64,000 nucleotides of DNA from assembly GCA_964016885.1 (NCBI GenBank), contig OZ024759.1, forward strand, positions 23,746,001 to 23,810,000, read 5' to 3'. Below, piece by piece: positions 58,524 to 64,000 of this stretch. Numbering within the stretch: position 1 is the first letter of the stretch; every line of letters begins with the position of its first letter. The stretch comes from Eledone cirrhosa (lineage: Eukaryota). Both the position numbers and the translations under genes were made by a program. Under the pieces are notes generated by a model. It was not told the origin of the DNA. It ran no database searches and saw only the letters and a list, made by a program, of their open reading frames with translations.

Positions 58524-60253
58524 ATATGTTCAAGCACACCACAAGTGTATTTTATCCTGGTACCAGCACTAGGGAAGTTGTTATATCTATCACACATCTG
58601 AAGAGTCCTCCTGACTTTTGGTTTAGCAGATTTTTCTATGTTTGGATACCCTTCATATCACCAATCACCTTACAGAGTGTACAGGGTGCGTTTAATCTTT
58701 ATGCACAAAATTCTGTTTTCCAAGGGTTGGCTGATGAAGCAAAACGATTTTGTTCATTTGTCCTTCATATTCATTTTCCATGTGCAACTATACTAATATC
58801 TATATTTTATATTGTAATACCTCATACCCATCTTTGATTATCAGCACAGGGCTATATTTAAAGATTTTTTTTTTTTAATCCAGCATAATGAATATTTTTA
58901 TAATTGTTACATTAACCCTTTAGCATTCAAACAGATTTTATCTGGCCAGAATTCTCTCACCTCTTTTTGTTCAAACTGGCTGTAACTGGCTGCTGAGACC
59001 TATATAAAGGTATTGTTCTCAAAATAAGTAATATCAAAATCTCGTAGATTTGATATTATGTGAGATAATTATGTAAGATAAAGCCTTTACTGTAAAAATA
59101 CAATAGGAAATATAGAATAATGTAAATGCTAAAGGGTTAAGTGGATTTCAATTTTGTGAAATATTATTGGTTTCGATTAGTATGTCAATCTTATCAAATA
59201 TTTAAAAAAATGTTCTCATATTTTGTGGACAGTTAGAACATTGAAATTTTTTTCAAAATTTCTTCTTATATGTATATGTTACAAGAGCAGTGCCCCAGCA
59301 TAGCCTCAGCCGGAGGCTGCAACAGGTAAAAGAGTAAAAGAGATATGTTCTTTATGAAGGTGGAGTATTGATGGTGGAAGTAGGGTTCTACTGATCAGGA
59401 TTCAATTAATTCACTTTGTATATGTACAACTTGTCGCTTCGCCCCCAAAAAAGCGCAAGCTTCATTGCCCCCAATGCGGAGTAGATGAATGTTGTCAAAT
59501 ACCAGGGCCTGACTGACCGCTTCCTCTTTGTACTGGTCTCTATTGAAACTGCTGGCATCCTTGGTTCCTGCACTGCTGATTTCCTCCATAAAGTCGGAAA
59601 GATAGTGACCCACTTGAGGAGGGAATCTGGATGTTTCCAGCTGTTCTCCGCAGTAACACTTTTGCATTTTGTCCGTGGGGCATGGCTAAGGCACTGCTCA
59701 GATTAGGGTGTAGTGTCTGTCCCTCCCCACTCCCTTTCTTTTGTTGCTTCATCCTTCTTTCTTTTTCTCCCTTTCATTTTCTTTTTTTTTTCCTTCCTTT
59801 TCTGTTCCCTTTAACCCTTTAGCATTTAAACCAGCCATATCCCTCAAGAATTCTTTTACCCCTTTCTGTTCAAACCGGCTGTAACCAGTCAATCATACTG
59901 ATGTTAAGTTATTGTTCACAAAATAAATAATATCAAAATTTCATAGATTCAATATTATGTGAGATAAAGCCTTTACCATGAACATACAATAATATATATA
60001 GAGTAATGTAAATGCTTAAGAGTTAACTAAAGCAAATATACATATAATTCAAAATCTGAACATGCATGACATGGGTAGAGTGTGGAAAACACTGGGCAGC
60101 TCTCTATATCATACACTGTACCTTAGAGATCTCCACCACTCTCCACAACACACACACACACAAACCCTTAAAAGGGGACAATACATTTCTTTATCCTTTG
60201 AATTTCTCTCTCTCAGACTGACACAACTAGTCACCTATATAGTTATACATGTG

Positions 60254-60889
60254 TGCGCACCGAGGAAACCGTCGCACACGCATTTGTACACTGCCCAGGC
60301 GTTACCGACCTGTGGGGCTATGTAGAATGACTATTGTCGCGGGTGGGACCAATCCAGTTAACCACCGAGTCCATTGTCATGATCAAACCGCCACCCTCCT
60401 TCAAAAACGAGGGAGAGGCGGTTTTCCTGTGTGTTATGGCTATGGTGAAAGAGGTTATATGGTGGACGAGGTTAAGAGGGCTGAGGTCAGACACCTTTCT
60501 CTCCAGCGAGCAACTGATTCGTTTTTTCAAATATCATTTCGGAAGAAGAATCAGGATGGAGAGAGAGGTGCTGTACCCAGCAAATTTTATAAAAGGTGGG
60601 TGAATGTGGCAAAGATGGCCCGAGTGATTGGGCCTTCTCTCTATATAAGCTTGTAGGTTGAGGAAAAAGAGGAAGAGAGGAAGGGAGTACTCACTCTTGG
60701 TGCTCCTGGAGATGAGGGTTGTACATTTTTTCGGGGTGTGTACAACCCCTGTGTAATGCCTCCTCCCTATTGGGGATTTCAATTGCTATTTGTTATTTTA
60801 TTAATAGTTTTATTTTCATATACCTGTATGTAAACTCCCCATTTGTATTTGTCCCCTTCTTTTGTGCCATTGTGGCTAATAAAGAAATT
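60254..60889 (+). mobile_element. L1/Tx1-like LINE 3' end with 18-bp target-site duplication
   Basis: ETVAH..HC and AVFLCVMAMVKEVIWWTR resemble 29250-29600. tatatagttatacatgtg occurs at 60236-60253 and 60890-60907. Confidence 0.85.
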
Positions 60890-61039
60890 TATATAGTTAT
60901 ACATGTGGTCAGTCAGTACAGTAAGGCCATAAACTGGTATGAATGGGGTGCTTATGGGTGGGAATGTTTGTGTATGTGTGTGTGGGATTGTGAGGTGGGT
61001 GGCTTATATCTGTCCCTTGAAATAATTATTCCCCAGTCT

Positions 61040-61183
61040 ACCACTGCACCCAATTCCACCACCACCACCAGCACCAATACTACCTACACCATCACCACTA
61101 CAAACATTACCAACACCATCACCATCACAACTACAGCAACCAACCCCACCACTACCAGCAGCACCAACGCCACCATTATCACC

Positions 61184-61214
<31 letters not shown>

Positions 61215-61530
61215 CCAGTACCAACATCACCATTATCGCTACTACTAACACCACCACCATTACCACTTCATCAACACTACCACCACCACCACTATTAACA
61301 CCACCACTATCACCACCACCATCAACATTACTACCACCACCACCAATATCCAACACTACTGCTAGCATTACCACCAAACACCACCCCACCACCACTATCA
61401 CCAACACCACCACCATTACCACCACCACTATCACCAACACCACCACCATTACCACCACCACTATCACCAACACCACCTCCATTACCACCACCACTATCAA
61501 CACCACCACCACCACCAAACACCACCCCAC
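61040..61530. repeat. Degenerate (ACC)n simple repeat
   Basis: Direct reading. Confidence 0.9.
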
Positions 61531-61709
61531 TGCACCATGCCACCCTTAATGATCCTGTGCATCTGTTGATACCACTAGATGTTGCTCCTTTCACCCACTA
61601 ACAATCCCCCCCGGGGTCCCCGGCATTGGAGGTGGGGGGGGGATTAGGGTGAGTACACTCTGTTATCTACTACAGCTGTTGCCACTCCTCTGCCTTCCAC
61701 CACAACCAT

Positions 61710-61770
61710 CTGTCTTTCTCCTCCTTCTCTGTCTCTCCTTCACCCTACTTTTCTCTCTCTCTTCCTTCCA

Positions 61771-61817
<47 letters not shown>

Positions 61818-63200
61818 TCTCACTCTTTCTCACACCCTCTCTTTGTCGCCCCTTTCTCTGTCTGACTCTTTCTTTTCCCTCTCTCTCTCTTACCCCTTTC
61901 TTTGACTCTCTCTCTCTCTCTTCCCTTTTCCTTCTCACCCCCTCTCTTTACCTCCTCTTTTCTCTCTCTTTCATTCTTCCTCTCTTAACCCCTTTTCTCT
62001 CTCTGTCTCTGCCTTCTCTATCTTTCCCCCTTCTTTCTCTCTCTCTCACCTTTTTCTCTCTCACACCCTCTCTTTGCACCCCCCCCCTCTTATGTCTGTC
62101 TCTGTCTTTCCCCTTCTTTCTCTCTCTCTTCCTCTCTATCTTTCTCTCTCTCTCTCTCTTTCTCACAACCTCACATAAGAATTTCCAAACAATTTGATAT
62201 TAAACAATAAAGATACCTTAAGTTATTATTTTAATAATGAAATAATTAATAATGTTAGTAAGTCACTCTGTATTCTTCATTAATTATTTAAACCAGAGAA
62301 AAATGGTCACGAAAGGGTTAAAATATTTTGACACTAACTTAATTACAGTTTTGTTATTAACTTAACTTACTTTTCCTGTTGGTTCGGGCTCATTGAAAAT
62401 GTTGCTGGTGAAGCTGCCAGCACTCTCTGCCACATACATTTTTTCGTTCTCTCTTGTTGTCTCCCCCTTTTTCGCTTTCTTCTTTCTAGTTATCTCCCTT
62501 TTCTCCAGCTGTCTCCGCCTCTCTCTTTCTTCTCTCTAGCTGTCTGTCCCTCTCTCTTCCTTTCTAGTTGTCTCCCTCTCTCTCTAGCTGTCTCCTTTTT
62601 CTCTAGTTGTTTCCCTCTCTCTAGTTGTATCCCTTTCTCTCTTTTTCTCTCTAGTTGTCTCCCTCCCTCTCTCTCTCTCTAGCTGTCTCCCCATCTTCCT
62701 TCTCTCTAACTATCTCTTACTTTCTGCTGTTCCCCTCTCTCATTGCCTCAACCCTTTACTTCTCTCTCTCGCTTAATTTCTTTACTCTCTATCCTCCTCC
62801 TTCTCCCTCATTCTTCTTACTCTTTATCATCTCTGTCTATCCCTTACCTTTTCTTCTCTCTCTCTCTCTCTCTCCCTCTCTTACCATATGTCCACTTCTC
62901 TCTTTTTCCTTGTTGCTTTCTTACTTTCTGTTCTCTCCTCCTCTCTCTTTAACCTTCTGCTTTCCCCCTCCCCTTCTCTTTTCTTTATCCCCCTCTGTCT
63001 CTCTCTTCAGTCTCTCAAGCACTCACCCTCTCGCTCTCTCTTCAGTCTCTCAAGCACTCACCCTCTCTCTCTCTTCAGTCTCTCAAGCACTCACCCTCTC
63101 GCTCTCTCTTCAGTCTCTCAAGCACTCACCCTCTCGCTCTCTCTTCAGTCTCTCAAGCACTCACCCTCTCTTTTCGGTCTCTCAAACACTCACCCTTCCA
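61710..63200. repeat. CT-rich low-complexity tracts with a ~36-bp minisatellite at 63000-63195
   Basis: ctcttcagtctctcaagcactcaccctctc is repeated ~5 times. Confidence 0.85.
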
Positions 63201-64000
63201 CTTTCTGACCATCTAATAAACAGTAATTTATAATCCCCATTTACGTAGTTTTTCGTTGTTCCTATTTTTTCTTTCTATTTATTTATTTATTTATCTATCT
63301 ATCTATCTACCTAAAGATATCTATCTATAGTTTTTCTCTCTTCTCACTTTATCTCCGGGTGTGGATGGATGTATCTATATCTTTCTTTCCTGAAATGTCG
63401 GAACTTCTAGGAAGAACTAACTACTCAAATTATCTGCACGGATATATATATGAAGCAAACAAAAAGACAACATATTTCTACAGTTCAGAGTTGCCTGGCT
63501 GTTGTTTATATTTATATATATAAATATATATAACATCTATGTGGGTGTTTTACGTCCGCCTGTTGGTAGTCTTGTTTATATATGTATAAGTAGTGAGTTT
63601 GTCGCCCGTCCGAGTGAGTCGACACATATGCCGCTGTTCCAAAACTGCCATATTCTATGGGTAAGATCCACATATATTTCTATCTATCATTATTGTTGTT
63701 CTGATCACTTTAACATCGTAAAATACTCTTTAGAAAGCTCAGGATGAAACTCGCCACTTCTTAAGTTTTCTCTCACCTAGTAACATTTCATAAACATTTC
63801 ATTAAAAGAGCCTTTGTGTGCTGTATTCAGGCCGAAGGAATCGTGGTAATCTTTCGTTTTAATATCACAGATAACTTCTATATATAATGACATTATATAT
63901 ATATATTGTATAATTAAAATTTCATACACTTAGCATGTATGCGTGACCTTAGGTTTTGGAGTCCAGTTATGGCTACCTCTGTATAGTGGATGGACCGTTC

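Noticed and set aside
60719-63233. Thr-rich mucin-like and Leu/Ser-rich ORFs
   Set aside because: Derived from (ACC)n and (CT)n simple repeats; no splice or homology support.

Overview
AT-rich animal genomic DNA full of microsatellites; the repeat landscape suggests an octopus or other cephalopod (inference). Nearly all long ORFs in the track are translations of (TA)n/(TATG)n repeats and are not genes. Supported content: (1) one spliced host gene, a 233-aa class I SAM-dependent methyltransferase similar to METTL27/WBSCR27, with 5 coding exons at 29958-45939 (+); (2) three families of Penelope-like retroelements (PLEs; RT plus C-terminal GIY-YIG), including a near full-length element that looks Hydra-clade, present as a partial tandem (518-5294) and as an inverted/truncated copy (12954-17043), both in (TA)n; (3) about 18 hammerhead ribozyme (HHR) motifs read by eye, from intact to degenerate. 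These include a form with a ~88-nt branched stem II, back-to-back ribozyme palindromes, forms whose stem III is TATATA, and a 495-bp non-coding unit with a permuted core; (4) RTE, L1/Tx1-like and CR1/L2-like LINE fragments, tRNA-derived SINEs, hAT/piggyBac/mariner-type MITEs and minisatellites; (5) a ~5.9-kb inverted duplication centred on 3 kb of TA repeat next to an assembly gap. All RNA folds were paired by eye and none has been tested.
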